DNA of 64,000 bases from Omnitrophica bacterium RIFCSPHIGHO2_02_FULL_51_18 (GCA_001804125.1 MHFI01000036.1:94785-158784); one strand, 5' to 3'. Numbered from the stretch's first letter, positions 10,705 through 22,669 are shown. Notes: generated by a model from the sequence alone, not told the origin. Made by a program: numbers and translations.

Positions 10705-11720
10705 TGGATTTCTTGCGTAAACGACGCGATTTTTTCGAGCGTCCGGTAGGCCGCTCCGCGGACCAAATGCGCTTTGGCGGCGTCCATCCCTTCCTTGAGC
10801 GATCCCGCCTTTCCGGCCACGTAGAGCGCGGCACCGGTGTTCAAGGCGACAATGTCGCTGTGCGCGCCGGGCTCCCCTCTTAAAACCCTGACCGCGGCAT
10901 TCTTGCATTCCTCTTTTGTCCGGCATTGAATGTCCGCTAAACCGGCTTTTTTGATCTGAAAATCAGCCGGTGAGACCGTATAGCTCTTGACCTTGCCTTG
11001 ATCGAGCTCCGCGATATTCGTATCGTCACAAATCGTGATTTCATCAAGCCCGTCTTTTCCGTGAACCACAAGCGCCCGCTTCGAACCCAGCTCCAGAAGA
11101 GTTTGCGCGAACGTCTCTACGAGCCGCTCCTCGTACACGCCTATCACCTGGTAAAGCGCGCCGGCCGGGTTTGATAAGGGGCCCAAAAGATTAAACAGCG
11201 TCTTCCCGCCGATTTTTTTTCGCGCGGGCATCGCGTATTTGGCCGCCTCATGGAATTTTGGCGCGAAGAAAAAGCCAAAATTATGCCGATCAATGCAGGT
11301 TTCAATGGCCGGAACCGGTAAATCAATTCTCACTCCCAAGGCTTCCAGAATATCCGCGCTGCCGCACTGGCTTGAAACCGAGCGATTGCCGTGTTTGGCG
11401 ATCTTCACGCCCATGGACGCCGCAGCAATCGCCGAAAGCGTGGATACATTGAGGGTGTTCTTGGAATCTCCGCCCGTGCCGCACGTATCAAGAAGTTCGG
11501 GATGCCGGGAGCGGAGTTTTAACCCGTGTCCGCGCATGACTCTTGCGGCCGAGGCGATTTCCTCGGCCGTCTCGCCTTTGTCCCTCAGCAGCGAGAGAAA
11601 CTCCTCAATCTCCGGATCCCTCAAAACGCCCGTCATGATCGCCTGCATCAGGTCAATCATTTCGACGGGGCTTAAATTTTCTTTTTTGCCCAATTTAAAA
11701 AAAACGTCGTTGAGCCTCAT
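10701..11720 (-). CDS. trpD: Anthranilate phosphoribosyltransferase
   Basis: DTCGTGGD, NVST, KHGNRSVSS..GSAD, DGLDE. Confidence 0.98.
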   Translation of the reverse strand: MRLNDVFFKLGKKENLSPVEMIDLMQAIMTGVLRDPEIEEFLSLLRDKGETAEEIASAARVMRGHGLKLRSRHPELLDTCGTGGDSKNTLNVSTLSAIAAASMGVKIAKHGNRSVSSQCGSADILEALGVRIDLPVPAIETCIDRHNFGFFFAPKFHEAAKYAMPARKKIGGKTLFNLLGPLSNPAGALYQVIGVYEERLVETFAQTLLELGSKRALVVHGKDGLDEITICDDTNIAELDQGKVKSYTVSPADFQIKKAGLADIQCRTKEECKNAAVRVLRGEPGAHSDIVALNTGAALYVAGKAGSLKEGMDAAKAHLVRGAAYRTLEKIASFTQEIQ

Positions 11721-12286
<566 letters not shown>

Positions 12287-12290
<4 letters not shown>

Positions 12291-13789
12291 GGCACACCCT
12301 CATTTTCGGCCGATTCAATCGCCTGGATGAGCGCCCGGGCCTTGTTCACGGTTTCCTGGTATTCGTGCTTCGGAACCGAGTCTGTCACGATGCCCGCGCC
12401 GGCTTGAACGTACGCCGTGCCGTCCTTCACCAAAATCGTGCGGATCGCGATGCAGGAGTCAAGATTTCCCGAATAGCTGAAATAACCCACGACTCCTGAG
12501 TAAAGCCCGCGTTTCTGGTTTTCCAGTTCATCAATGATTTCCATCGCCCTCACCTTCGGCGCGCCGGAAACCGTGCCGGCCGGGAACGTCGCGCGCAAAA
12601 GGTCAAAAATCGTTTTCCCTTTTTTCAAGCATCCTTCGACGGTGCTGACGATATGCATCACGTGGGAATAACGCTCGATCACCATAAACTCGGGGACTTT
12701 CACGGATTTAAATTCGCACACACGGCCAAGGTCATTGCGCCCGAGGTCCACGAGCATCAGGTGTTCGGCGCGTTCCTTGGGATCGCCCAAGAGCTCCTTT
12801 TCGAGCCCCCGGTCTTCTTTAGCGTCCTTGCCGCGGCGGCGTGTGCCGGCAATCGGCCTTAAGAAGGCCTCGCCGTTTTCGCAGCGTACATGCACTTCAG
12901 GCGAAGAGCCGACAATCTGGAAATCTCCGCAGTTCAGATAAAACATATACGGCGAGGGATTGATCGATCGAAGCGCCCGGTAAATGTCAAACGCGTCGGA
13001 GCGGACACCCGCACGGAAAGACTGCGACAGCACCACCTGGAAGATGTCCCCTATTTGGATGTAACGTTTCGCTTTACGCACCGCTTTTTCAAAACCTACC
13101 TTCGTAAAATTGGACCCGACTTTCAGCGGCCGTGAGGCCTCCGTTTCCGGAATTGGGCTTTTGCGCACCGCGACGGATTTCAGCTTCCGGACTTCCTGCC
13201 CCAGTTTCTCTTCGGCGTGCCGGTAAGCTTCTTCGGCATTTCCAAAATCATCCAGGAATACGTTGGAAACCACTTTGATTTTTTGGCTCAGGCGGTCAAA
13301 AATAAAAAGCGTGTCGGTGAATATAAAAATCGAATCGGGAATGTGGAACCTGTCCCGGTTTTTATCGGGGATTTTCTCGATAAAACGAACCGTGTCATAA
13401 CCCAGGTAGCCTACGGCGCCGCCCGTAAACGGCGGAAGCCCCTTCACCGGCACGTGGCGGTAACGCTTGAGTATTTTTTCAAGCTCGGTAAGCGGATCGT
13501 GCTTGGTCTCAAAGCTTTCTTCAAGGCCGTTCCTTAGGATCGTGATTTGCCGCGCCTTGCTTTTAAAAACAAGCGAGGGGGAGCCCCCGAGAAACGAATA
13601 GCGGGCGATACGCTCGCCCCCTTCCACCGATTCCAATAAATAGGAGTAAACAGGGTCGCCGATTTTAAGAAACGCGGAAACAGGCGTGTCAAGGTCTGCC
13701 AAAATTTCCCGGTAAACCGGGATGAGGTTCCCTTTTCTGGCGAGCCTTAAGAATTCCTTTTTCGTCGGGAAACATTCGCTCAAAATCAA
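12287..13789 (-). CDS. trpE: Anthranilate synthase component I
   Basis: [44 protein letters not shown]. Confidence 0.97.
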
Positions 13790-14184
13790 TACACCTTTTT
13801 CGGATCAAAAAGCCTGGGGTCCGTGATCTCTTTGGATCCGTCCTGTTTTATTTTTTCAAAATAACAGCTCAAGTAGCCTTGATGACAACCGGCCACTTTC
13901 TGTTCCACCCCGAATAAAAGCGACTTGCCTTCACAATCCACGCGGAATTCCTTGACGGCCTGCGTGTGGCCCGAGGTCTCGCCTTTCATCATGAGTTTGT
14001 TCTGCGAACGCCTGAAAAGATAAATGAAGCCCTCCCCCAGCGTGGCCTTGAGAGCCCTCTCGCTCATGTAACAAAGTGTCAGCACCTTTTTCGTGGCCGC
14101 GTCCTGAATGATTGCCGGGATCAAACCCGTGCCTGCATCGAATTTAAGTGATTTTTTTATTTTATCAAACTCAGCGTCTGTCAT
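13786..14184 (-). CDS. hisI: Phosphoribosyl-AMP cyclohydrolase
   Basis: [19 protein letters not shown](E)G, CH.G..SC. Confidence 0.93.
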   Translation of the reverse strand: MTDAEFDKIKKSLKFDAGTGLIPAIIQDAATKKVLTLCYMSERALKATLGEGFIYLFRRSQNKLMMKGETSGHTQAVKEFRVDCEGKSLLFGVEQKVAGCHQGYLSCYFEKIKQDGSKEITDPRLFDPKKVY

Positions 14185-14942
14185 AATCGGACCGGAACTC
14201 CTCTTCTTTTCAAAAATAGTTTTGCCTGCTTGACCGTAAATTTCTTGTAATGAAAAATGCTTGCCGCCAAAACCGCGTCCGCCTTTCCCCGGGTAAACCC
14301 GTCGGCCAGATGCTGAAGGTTCCCGGCCCCGCCTGAGGCAATCACGGGAATCTTGACCGCTTCGGAAACAGCACGCGTGAGCCCGAGGTCATAACCGTTT
14401 TCTGTGCCGTCCCTATCCATGCTGGTCAGAAGAATTTCGCCGGCGCCGAGTTTCTCGACATTTTTGGCCCACCCCACCGCATCAAGACCTGTCGCATTCC
14501 GCCCGCCGTGTGTGAAAACCTCCCAACCCCTCCCGTTTGCCTTGCGCTTGGCATCAATCGCAACGACAATGCACTGGGAGCCGAATCGGGATGCGCCCTC
14601 CCGTACGAACTTTGGGTGCTTTACGGCCGCCGTATTGATCGACACCTTATCGGCGCCGGCGTTCAGAAGCTTGCGGATATCCCCTATCCTGCTGACACCC
14701 CCGCCGACCGTGAGCGGCATAAAAACCTGCTCGGCCGTGCGGCGCACGACCCCGAGAAGGATGCCGCGCTTTTCATAGGACGCTGTGATATCGAGAAACA
14801 CAAGCTCGTCCGCGCCCTGCCTGTCATAGTGGACCGCGCACTCCACCGGGTCTCCGGCATCGCGAAGCCCCAAAAATTTCGTGCCCTTGACGACGCGGCC
14901 TTCTTTGACGTCTAAACAAGGAATTATACGTTTTGCGAGCAT
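14181..14942 (-). CDS. hisF: Imidazole glycerol phosphate synthase cyclase subunit
   Basis: [38 protein letters not shown]. Confidence 0.99.
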   Translation of the reverse strand: MLAKRIIPCLDVKEGRVVKGTKFLGLRDAGDPVECAVHYDRQGADELVFLDITASYEKRGILLGVVRRTAEQVFMPLTVGGGVSRIGDIRKLLNAGADKVSINTAAVKHPKFVREGASRFGSQCIVVAIDAKRKANGRGWEVFTHGGRNATGLDAVGWAKNVEKLGAGEILLTSMDRDGTENGYDLGLTRAVSEAVKIPVIASGGAGNLQHLADGFTRGKADAVLAASIFHYKKFTVKQAKLFLKRRGVPVRL

Positions 14943-15655
14943 GCTTGAATAGCTTCTTTTAGCGTGAATTTGTTCTCATAAAGCGCCTTCCCGATCACAA
15001 CGCCCTTGATATTTTTCTTCTTAAGGCCTATCAGCGCTTCGAGGTCTTTCAGGGAACTCACGCCGCCCGAGGCAATCACATCCAAACCTACGGCTTCGCT
15101 TACGTTCCTTATTTCTTTCAGGTTGGGCCCGGAAAGCGCGCCGTCCTTCGAAATATCCGTGTAAATCACGGTTTGCCCGCCAAGTTTCTCAAATTCTTTG
15201 ATAAATTCAACGGCGCCTATCTTCGTAACCTTCGTCCATCCGTCCGTCGCAATAAACCCGTCGCGCGCGTCAACCCCCACAATCGCCTTCTCTTTGAACT
15301 CCGACACAAGCTCCTTTATAAAACCCCTGTCCAAACACGCCTGCGTCCCGAAAATAACCCACCGGACCCCCATGGCCAGGTACCCGGCCGCTGTTTGAAG
15401 ATTCCGGAGGCCGCCGCCAAGCTCCACCGGCACGCGCACGGCTTTTAAAATCTTTTCCACCGATTTTATATTCTTCGGTCTGCCCTTCAACGCGCCGTCG
15501 AGGTCCACGACGTGGATTCTAGCCGCGCCCTCCGCCTCAAAATGTTTTGCCGCTTCTTCAGGTTTTTCAAAATAAACCTTCTCTTCCTTGAAGTCGCCCT
15601 GAAGGAGCCGAACCACCTTGCCCTCTTTCAGATCGATCGCGGGGATAGCAATCAT
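14924..15655 (-). CDS. hisA: ProFAR isomerase
   Basis: [38 protein letters not shown]. Confidence 0.98.
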   Translation of the reverse strand: MIAIPAIDLKEGKVVRLLQGDFKEEKVYFEKPEEAAKHFEAEGAARIHVVDLDGALKGRPKNIKSVEKILKAVRVPVELGGGLRNLQTAAGYLAMGVRWVIFGTQACLDRGFIKELVSEFKEKAIVGVDARDGFIATDGWTKVTKIGAVEFIKEFEKLGGQTVIYTDISKDGALSGPNLKEIRNVSEAVGLDVIASGGVSSLKDLEALIGLKKKNIKGVVIGKALYENKFTLKEAIQACSQNV

Positions 15656-15661
15656 GGAGAG

Positions 15662-16276
15662 TTATCTTAAACGAACAAAGTTTCTGATAATCCGAAAGCC
15701 CGCTTGCTGGCTCTTCTCAGGGTGAAATTGCGTCGCATAAATATTGGCGCGCCAGACACTGGAGCAGAAATCAAGCCCGTAATCCGTCGTGGAAGAAATC
15801 CAGTCCCTGTCCTTGGGCGCGCCGTAGTACGAATGCACGAAATAGAAAAAATCTCCCCCGCCCACCCCCTTCAAAATCGGGCAGTCCTTTTTCTTGAGCT
15901 TCAGATTATTCCAGCCCATGTGCGGAACTTTAAGCTTCACGCGGAACCTTTTAACCTTACCCGGAATAATTCCAAACCCGAAGGCTCTTTTTTTTCCTTC
16001 ATTCTCCTCGCTCTCCTCAAACAAAAGCTGAAGTCCCAGGCAAAGGCCCAGATACGGTGACCCGCCGAGTATTTTTTTGCGGATCACATCCACAAGCCTT
16101 CGTTTCTCAAGCTCGCGCACGGCCGCCGTAAAAGCGCCCACGCCCGGGAGCACGATCTTCCCGGCTTTTTCTATGTCGCTCTTCGAAGAAGTAACCTTGG
16201 GCCTGGCCCCGCTTTTCTCGAACGCCTTCTGAACACTGCGAAGGTTTCCCATGCCGTAGTCGACAATGGCTATCAT
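15662..16276 (-). CDS. hisH: Imidazole glycerol phosphate synthase glutaminase subunit
   Basis: VDYGMGNLRSV, PGVG, GLCLG, PHMGWN, YFVHSY, QFHPEKS. Confidence 0.99.
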   Translation of the reverse strand: MIAIVDYGMGNLRSVQKAFEKSGARPKVTSSKSDIEKAGKIVLPGVGAFTAAVRELEKRRLVDVIRKKILGGSPYLGLCLGLQLLFEESEENEGKKRAFGFGIIPGKVKRFRVKLKVPHMGWNNLKLKKKDCPILKGVGGGDFFYFVHSYYGAPKDRDWISSTTDYGLDFCSSVWRANIYATQFHPEKSQQAGFRIIRNFVRLR

Positions 16277-16304
16277 CTACCATCCTTCTTTTTAACCACT
16301 TGGC

Positions 16305-16482
16305 CACCAACCGGTTTCTTGTCCATCATGCTCCGTGGCATTGACGTAAGTTCGGGGAACCTCGGCAAAATGGCAAAACTCGGGCTAGGCCGCCCTCGGA
16401 CAGTTGCCATTTTGCCGTATCCCGGCGAACTTGACGTCAATGCCACAAGAGGAGCGATGCCGGACAAGAAACCGGCTGGTCG
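16305..16482. repeat. Long imperfect hairpin element, copy A of a ~190-nt family
   Basis: Stems CCGGTTTCTTGTCC/GGACAAGAAACCGG, GTGGCATTGACGT/ACGTCAATGCCAC and CGGCAAAATGGCAA/TTGCCATTTTGCCG around an AACTCGG..CCTCGGACA apex. Confidence 0.85.
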
Positions 16483-16494
16483 CTAAAAACTTAG

Positions 16495-17121
16495 TCACAA
16501 CTTGCCTTTTGTTGATGGCACAAACTTCGTACGCTCATCGATGCTGGCAGCCCAGTCAAGCGCTTTGGCAAGCGCTTTAAACGTCGCTTCGATGATGTGA
16601 TGAGACTGCTCGCCCGCGATAAAATCCACGTGCAGTGTCAAACCCATGTGGTTTGCGAATGATTCCCAAAAGTGCTTGGCATCCGCCAGCGTATAGTTTT
16701 TATCGCCTTTTTTCTCGCGCAGTGCGGGATGCTCAATCCATCTGGTTTTCGGGCCCGTGTGCATGTGAAAGGAGCCGCGGCCGCTTACGTCCAGGGAAAC
16801 GCGCGCCTGAGTCAGCGCCTCATCGAGCGGCGCGCGAAAATCTGCAAAGCGCCTTATCCCCTTCTTGTCACCCAGCGCTTTCTTAAACGCTTCGCCGAGC
16901 GCTATTCCGACGTCTTCGTTCGTGTGATGCTTGTCGATGTGGAGATCGCCTTTGGCTCTGAGCGTCAGGTCAAAAAGTCCGTGCTTCGCCAAAGTCTCAA
17001 GCATGTGGTCCAAAAACCCGATGCCTGTCCTGACTTTGGCTTTTCCGCTGCCATCGAGATTGAGCGTAAGAACGATGTTGGTTTCTTTTGTTTTCCTTCT
17101 TAACTTTATTGCGCGTTTCAT
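16495..17121 (-). CDS. hisB: Imidazoleglycerol-phosphate dehydratase
   Basis: R.TKET, TGIGFLDHML, HHTNED, HHIIEA.FKA, PSTKG; the ORF-track start at 17157 lies in a repeat. Confidence 0.97.
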   Translation of the reverse strand: MKRAIKLRRKTKETNIVLTLNLDGSGKAKVRTGIGFLDHMLETLAKHGLFDLTLRAKGDLHIDKHHTNEDVGIALGEAFKKALGDKKGIRRFADFRAPLDEALTQARVSLDVSGRGSFHMHTGPKTRWIEHPALREKKGDKNYTLADAKHFWESFANHMGLTLHVDFIAGEQSHHIIEATFKALAKALDWAASIDERTKFVPSTKGKL

Positions 17122-17123
17122 AT

Positions 17124-17173
17124 GAGATCCTTCGCTTTGCTCAGGATGACCCGCCATGAACCCTGGCGGGTCA
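17124..17173. repeat. GTCA-type REP unit fused to a CCCGCCA..TGGCGGG mini-hairpin
   Basis: Minus strand: TGA CCCGCCAGGGTTCATGGCGGG TCATCCTGAGCAAAGCGAAGGATCTC. Confidence 0.8.
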
Positions 17174-18400
17174 TTTGTGTTTGTAAAACCTTATTTTCAC
17201 GGATTCCACATGCTTGGTTAATCCTTCCAATCCCCCGATGTGTTCGATGGCCGGCTTTATTTTTTCCAGCGCTTTGCGGTTATAAGAAATCACGTGAGAA
17301 CTTTTAAGAAAATCGTACACGCCCAGCCCCGAAAAAAATCGCGCGGTTCCGTTCGTAGGCAGTACGTGGCTTGGGCCCGCGACGTAATCTCCGACCGCCG
17401 TCGGTGTGTAGGCGCCTATAAAAATAGCGCCGGCATGTTTCACGTCCTTCAGGATTCTTTGCGGGCTCTTCACCATGATTTGTAAATGCTCCGGTGCAAT
17501 CTGATTGATAACGTCCACGCCCTGTTTCAGATTTTTAACGAGAATAATATGGCCTTTTCCCGGCACCTTTTTGATGATTTTTGCAAGCCGCTTCGACGTC
17601 GTCACGAGAATCGCGGTTCCCATGTGGTGCTCGCTCTGTGCCATCAAATCGGCCGCTACAAAATCAGGATCGGAATAATCATTTGCCAAAATCACGAGCT
17701 CCGAGGGACCCGCAATCATGTCGATGTCGCAATAACCGAACACCTGCCGTTTCGCTTCCGCCACATACGCGTTGCCGGGACCTATAATTTTATCCACGCG
17801 GGGAATCGTCTTCGTGCCGAGGGCCATGGCCGCAATGCCCTGAGCGCCGCCCGCCTTAAAAATTCCGTCGACTTTCAGGAGATTCGCGACCGCCAAGATA
17901 TGGGGATCGACGGACTTGTGCTTATTGGGCGGCGTCATGAGATAAATTTTTTCCACTCCCGCAAGCTTTGCCGGAAGCACCGTCATGTACACGGTTGACG
18001 GCAGCGGCACAGTCCCCGCCGGGATGTAAATTCCGACCGATTCCAGCGGCTTGACTCTTTCGCCCAAGATAACGCCGTCTTCCGTCACCATCTTCCACGA
18101 GCGTTTCGTCTGTTTGCGGTAGAAGCGGCTTACATTCTCGACGGCCAGTTTAAGCGCCGACACAAAATCAGGGCTGATGTTCTGATACGCGCCGTTTATT
18201 TCGCTTTCAGTGACCCGCAGTTCCTTGGCCGTCAGCTTGACCCTGTCAAACTTGCGCGTGTAACGAAGCACCGCCTCATCGCCATCGTTTTTTACGTCGT
18301 CGATGATACGGCGTACCTTTTCTTCGACACGCCGGTCACGGCGGACCGAGCGTTGAAAAAGTTTCTCAAACTTCTTGCTCCAGGGTTTTATGACTTTCAT
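17171..18400 (-). CDS. hisD: Histidinol dehydrogenase
   Basis: GGAQ.IAA, GPGN.YV, IDM.AGPSE, APEHL, GDY.AGPSH.LPT. Confidence 0.98.
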   Translation of the reverse strand: MKVIKPWSKKFEKLFQRSVRRDRRVEEKVRRIIDDVKNDGDEAVLRYTRKFDRVKLTAKELRVTESEINGAYQNISPDFVSALKLAVENVSRFYRKQTKRSWKMVTEDGVILGERVKPLESVGIYIPAGTVPLPSTVYMTVLPAKLAGVEKIYLMTPPNKHKSVDPHILAVANLLKVDGIFKAGGAQGIAAMALGTKTIPRVDKIIGPGNAYVAEAKRQVFGYCDIDMIAGPSELVILANDYSDPDFVAADLMAQSEHHMGTAILVTTSKRLAKIIKKVPGKGHIILVKNLKQGVDVINQIAPEHLQIMVKSPQRILKDVKHAGAIFIGAYTPTAVGDYVAGPSHVLPTNGTARFFSGLGVYDFLKSSHVISYNRKALEKIKPAIEHIGGLEGLTKHVESVKIRFYKHK

Positions 18401-18406
18401 TGAGGA

Positions 18407-21004
18407 CTAAATTCTTTGTATGGCATTTATTATATTTGCTGTCCCGGCAGTAATTATATCGTTAATTTTTTCCGGCGATGGAGGCTCTTTTAATCCTCCA
18501 ACCGCAAAATTTGGCCTGCCTCCGCCTTGTCCATTAATTTTTTGGTTTACATTTTTGATGATTTCATTACAATTTAATCCCCTTTGAACCGAATCACCAC
18601 TTCCAACTATGTAATAACTTGGCTGCCCAAAAAAAGTGGAATATATCACGCCTGCGTAGGAATAGTTTTGCGAATCAAGGACAGCTAGATCTTTTTTTAT
18701 AAGGTTCAAATCTGCCCCGGACAGTGTAAAATCCCAACATTTTATCCCCTTAATATCTTTTGCTTTCTCTATTTTATTCTTGGATTCTTCAACTAATTTA
18801 TTCGAGGCCAAACTAAATGCTTTATTCTTTAAGATCTCAACGTAACGTTTTACCTCTTTTATTTTTCCAAGAATATTCGTTTCTTTTTCAATCCTAAATT
18901 CATCAATGATAGCTTTGAGTTCTTGTTTGTTTTGTAACAATAATTTCTCTGCCCAACGGCCCGTCACGGCCTCGATGCGCCGCACGCCCGCCTGAATGGA
19001 GCTCTCGGAAGTGATCTTAAAAAATCCGATTTCGCCGGTGGAATTCAAGTGCGTGCCTCCGCACAGTTCTTTTGAAAAATCACCCACACACACGACGCGC
19101 ACGTCCTCGCCGTATTTCTCACCGAAGAATGCGATCGCGCCCTCTTTCATCGCCTCGTCCTTAGACATCAGCTTCTTATCAAGCTTCGTGTTTTTTTGGA
19201 TCTGGACATTCACGAGATTTTCTATCTCCAAAATTTTGTCGGCGCCCACGGCGCCAAAATGCGTAAAATCAAAGCGCAGCCTGTCGGGCGCCACAAGCGA
19301 CCCGCTTTGTTTCACGTGCCCGCCCAAAACTTTCCTGAGCGCGCCGTGAAGCAAGTGCGTGGCCGTGTGATTCTTCATGATGTCCTCACGGCGCTGGAAG
19401 TCAATTTTCAGCGTGTAAATGTTACCCGCCTCCAAGACGCCCTGGTCAACCTTCACTTGATGCATAGCGCATTTTTCAATCCACTGCGTATCAAAAACCG
19501 ATGCCTTAAGGCCCCTGGCGGAGATTTCTCCCGTGTCCCCGACCTGTCCGCCGGACTCCGCGTAAAAAGGAGTTTTGTCAAAAAATACAAGCCCTTCCTC
19601 GCCGGTTTTCAGGACAGGAACTGATTTATCATCCCTCACGATCCTCAACAGCTTCGCCTCCGACTCAAGTTTTGTGTAACCCAAGAACTCGGTGCTGGGT
19701 AAGCCCTCGATCAAAACATAAGAATGGTCTTTTGAGAAAATCTCACTCGTGATCTTCGTACCTTCGCGCGACTTCTTCTTCTGCCCTTCCAGGTACTCGT
19801 TGAAGCGTTCCAGATTCAATTTAAAGCCGCTCTGTTCAATGCATTCCACGATATTGTCATAAGGCACGCCGTAAGTGTCGCGGTATTTAAACGCGAGCGC
19901 CTCCACTGCTTCGTCTTTCTTAAGGCTTGCGAGCTCGCGCTTGAGCTGCGGCACGTACGTGTGAATCACCTCAAGGTACGAGGCTTCTTCATTCTGAATG
20001 ATCTGTTTAATATTTTTTTCAAGCTTCGCCAGTTCCGGATACGCGAACCTCATGGTATCCACGACAGCCGGCACCAGCTTATTCAGCGTTCCCGACTCCA
20101 AAACGCCCGCTTTCGCCATGTGATCACTCGCCGCGCGGATAAGCTTGCGGATTACATAGCCGCGGCCGATATTCGAGGGCGCCACTCCGTCAGCGATACA
20201 AAACACGGCCGCGCGGATATGGTCCATAACCGCATTTTCACGCCGCCGCTCATCCTGTCCGGATTTCAGCAGCGCTTTCAGTTCCTTTCGGATCGCTTTA
20301 AAGGCATCAATGTCGAAGCTGCTATCAACGTCCTGAAGCACCGAAGCGGTTCTCTCGAGACCCATGCCCGTATCGATGTTCTTCTGAGGCAACGGCAAAA
20401 GTGTCATGTCACTCTGGCGGTCAAACTGCGTAAACACAAGGTTCCATATTTCGACACCCTTGCCGGGAGCCTCGCCGGCATAAATTTCGGAACAGGGCCC
20501 ACAGGGGCCGTTGGGGCCGTCGAGCTTTGCATTGGACGGCCAAAAATTATCCACGGCGTCCATGCGGACAATTTTGGATTCGGGAAGCCCTATCTTTGTT
20601 TTCCAGACATTGAAGGCCTCGTCGTCATCTTGAAAAACAGAAACCCAGAGTTTTTCTTTCGAAAGTTTGAGTTCTTTGGTGACAAACTCCCAACCCCACT
20701 CAATCGCCTCTTCCTTGAAGTAATCGCCGAAAGAAAAATTGCCGAGCATTTCGAAAAAAGTGTGGTGATAGGCGGTTTTGCCGACGCACCCGATGTCCGC
20801 GGTGCGCAGGCACTTCTGACAGCTTGCGGCGCGCTTCACGTCCTTTTTAAGGCCGAGAAAATAGGGCTTGAACTGGTTCATGCCCGCGCCCGTAAACAAG
20901 AGCGAGGCGTCGTCCGAGGGCACCAGCGAGTCACTCGGGAATATCTTGTGCGCCTTTGACTTAAAAAAATCTAGGTAGAGTTGTCTTAACGCGTCTGTCT
21001 TCAT
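18407..21004 (-). CDS. alaS: Alanine--tRNA ligase
   Basis: LLFTGAGMNQFK, HHTFFEMLGNFSFGDYFK, DTGMGLER; editing motifs HTATHLLH and CGGTH; C-terminal GGG.P.FA.GG. Confidence 0.99.
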   Translation of the reverse strand: MKTDALRQLYLDFFKSKAHKIFPSDSLVPSDDASLLFTGAGMNQFKPYFLGLKKDVKRAASCQKCLRTADIGCVGKTAYHHTFFEMLGNFSFGDYFKEEAIEWGWEFVTKELKLSKEKLWVSVFQDDDEAFNVWKTKIGLPESKIVRMDAVDNFWPSNAKLDGPNGPCGPCSEIYAGEAPGKGVEIWNLVFTQFDRQSDMTLLPLPQKNIDTGMGLERTASVLQDVDSSFDIDAFKAIRKELKALLKSGQDERRRENAVMDHIRAAVFCIADGVAPSNIGRGYVIRKLIRAASDHMAKAGVLESGTLNKLVPAVVDTMRFAYPELAKLEKNIKQIIQNEEASYLEVIHTYVPQLKRELASLKKDEAVEALAFKYRDTYGVPYDNIVECIEQSGFKLNLERFNEYLEGQKKKSREGTKITSEIFSKDHSYVLIEGLPSTEFLGYTKLESEAKLLRIVRDDKSVPVLKTGEEGLVFFDKTPFYAESGGQVGDTGEISARGLKASVFDTQWIEKCAMHQVKVDQGVLEAGNIYTLKIDFQRREDIMKNHTATHLLHGALRKVLGGHVKQSGSLVAPDRLRFDFTHFGAVGADKILEIENLVNVQIQKNTKLDKKLMSKDEAMKEGAIAFFGEKYGEDVRVVCVGDFSKELCGGTHLNSTGEIGFFKITSESSIQAGVRRIEAVTGRWAEKLLLQNKQELKAIIDEFRIEKETNILGKIKEVKRYVEILKNKAFSLASNKLVEESKNKIEKAKDIKGIKCWDFTLSGADLNLIKKDLAVLDSQNYSYAGVIYSTFFGQPSYYIVGSGDSVQRGLNCNEIIKNVNQKINGQGGGRPNFAVGGLKEPPSPEKINDIITAGTANIINAIQRI

Positions 21005-21501
21005 TCTTCTTTTTTGAATAGCTCATCGAACACGGAGAAGATCACATCATCGCCGAAGCCGCGGCGCTTCAAAAGGGCGTAGAGGCGCGCCTTCTTTTTC
21101 TCGCGCGGCAGGCCGGCCATTTTCAGGAAACGGGTGCTGACAAGCTCCTTGGCAATTTTTTTCTCATCGTAGTCTTCAAGATTCTTAAGCGTCTCCCCGA
21201 TCAACTGACCTGAGACGCCCTTTCGCTTCAGGTCTATTTCAAGCTGACGGCGCCCCGAAGGCCGCGAGTAAACGCGCGAAGACGCGTAAAGCTTCGCGAA
21301 CTTTACGTCATCCAGAAGCCCCTGCTTCTTAAACGACTCAATCACCTCCTCGACAAGCGGCACGGAGTATTTTTTCTTCATGAGAAGCCGTTTTTTAAGC
21401 TCCTCGACACTTCGGGAGCTGAACGACAAAAGCCTTAAGGCGTCGCTCTTGGCTTTGAGAAGAAGGGACTCCTTGTCCGTTACGCTGTCTTTTTCAGTCA
21501 C
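21001..21501 (-). CDS. recX: Regulatory protein RecX
   Basis: ALRLLS..SRS..EL, G.LDD..FA, L..RGF; directly downstream of recA. Confidence 0.92.
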   Translation of the reverse strand: MTEKDSVTDKESLLLKAKSDALRLLSFSSRSVEELKKRLLMKKKYSVPLVEEVIESFKKQGLLDDVKFAKLYASSRVYSRPSGRRQLEIDLKRKGVSGQLIGETLKNLEDYDEKKIAKELVSTRFLKMAGLPREKKKARLYALLKRRGFGDDVIFSVFDELFKKEE

Positions 21502-21522
21502 AGGATAGTGCGGATTACTGAG

Positions 21523-22605
21523 TTACGTGGAGGAATGCGTCGGCGCTAAAGATTTTTCAGCGATCTTTTTCTCGATCTCGCGCAAAAGCTTCGGGTTCTC
21601 TTTGAGGAAAGACTTTGCGTTTTCACGGCCCTGGCCGAGCTTCTCACCTTCGTAGAGAATCCAACTTCCGCTTGGTTTCACGATTTCGAGAGTCTCCGCG
21701 ACGTCCAACACACTTCCGACCGCCGACACACCCTCGTCGTACATCAAGTCAAACTCGGCCTGCTTGAAAGGTGCCGCAACCTTGTTTTTCACGACCTTGA
21801 CGCGCACACGGCCTCCCACGATTTCCTCACCGCGCTTGATCTGCGCAATGCGGCGGATGTCCAGGCGCACCGAAGAATAAAATTTAAGCGCGCGGCCGCC
21901 GGGCGTCGTTTCGGGATTGCCAAACATAATCCCCAGTTTTTCACGGAGCTGATTAATGAAGATCACACAGCATTTGGACTTAGAAATCGCTGAAGTGAGC
22001 TTTCTCAAAGCCTGGCTCATGAGACGGGCCTGAAGACCCATATGCGATTGCCCCATCTCGCCTTCGATTTCAGCTTTGGGCACGAGTGCCGCCACGGAGT
22101 CTATAACCACAAGATCAATCGCGTTTGAGCGCACAAGCATCTCGACAATCTCAAGCGCCTGCTCTCCGGTGTCCGGCTGGGAGATCAGAAGATCGTCCAG
22201 ATTTACACCCAGCTTCTTGGCATAGGCGGAATCAAATGCATGCTCCGCGTCAATAAATGCCGCGGCCCCTTTCTTCTTCTGAGTTTGGGCGATAATGCTT
22301 AACGTGAGCGTGGTTTTGCCGCTGGATTCAGGCCCAAAGATCTCAACCACACGGCCCCTCGGAACACCTCCCACGCCGAGCGCCAGATCCAAAGCGATGG
22401 CGCCTGTGGGAATGACCGGTATATCCATTTTTACATTCTCACCAAGCGTCATGATCGAGCCTTTGCCAAACTGTTTCTCGATCTGGCTGACGGCCAGAGT
22501 GATAGCTTTTTGCTTGTCCGCGAATTCCTTGTCCCGCGTCTGGTTTGTCTCTTTGACTTTGGCTTCCGCTTCCTTCTCTTTGACTTCTCTGGCTTGGCGG
22601 CTCAT
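21523..22605 (-). CDS. recA: Recombinase A
   Basis: [36 protein letters not shown]. Confidence 0.99.
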   Translation of the reverse strand: MSRQAREVKEKEAEAKVKETNQTRDKEFADKQKAITLAVSQIEKQFGKGSIMTLGENVKMDIPVIPTGAIALDLALGVGGVPRGRVVEIFGPESSGKTTLTLSIIAQTQKKKGAAAFIDAEHAFDSAYAKKLGVNLDDLLISQPDTGEQALEIVEMLVRSNAIDLVVIDSVAALVPKAEIEGEMGQSHMGLQARLMSQALRKLTSAISKSKCCVIFINQLREKLGIMFGNPETTPGGRALKFYSSVRLDIRRIAQIKRGEEIVGGRVRVKVVKNKVAAPFKQAEFDLMYDEGVSAVGSVLDVAETLEIVKPSGSWILYEGEKLGQGRENAKSFLKENPKLLREIEKKIAEKSLAPTHSST

Positions 22606-22669
22606 TCTACTCTCTCCCTATTAAGCTGTTGACATGACTTACTGAGGTTTCATTAAATTTTAGGACAGC

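Noticed and set aside
16273-16467. 64-aa ORF across hairpin copy A as a real protein
   Set aside because: TTG start without an SD, not coupled to the hisB stop, and not conserved in copies B or C; at most a weak bridging frame
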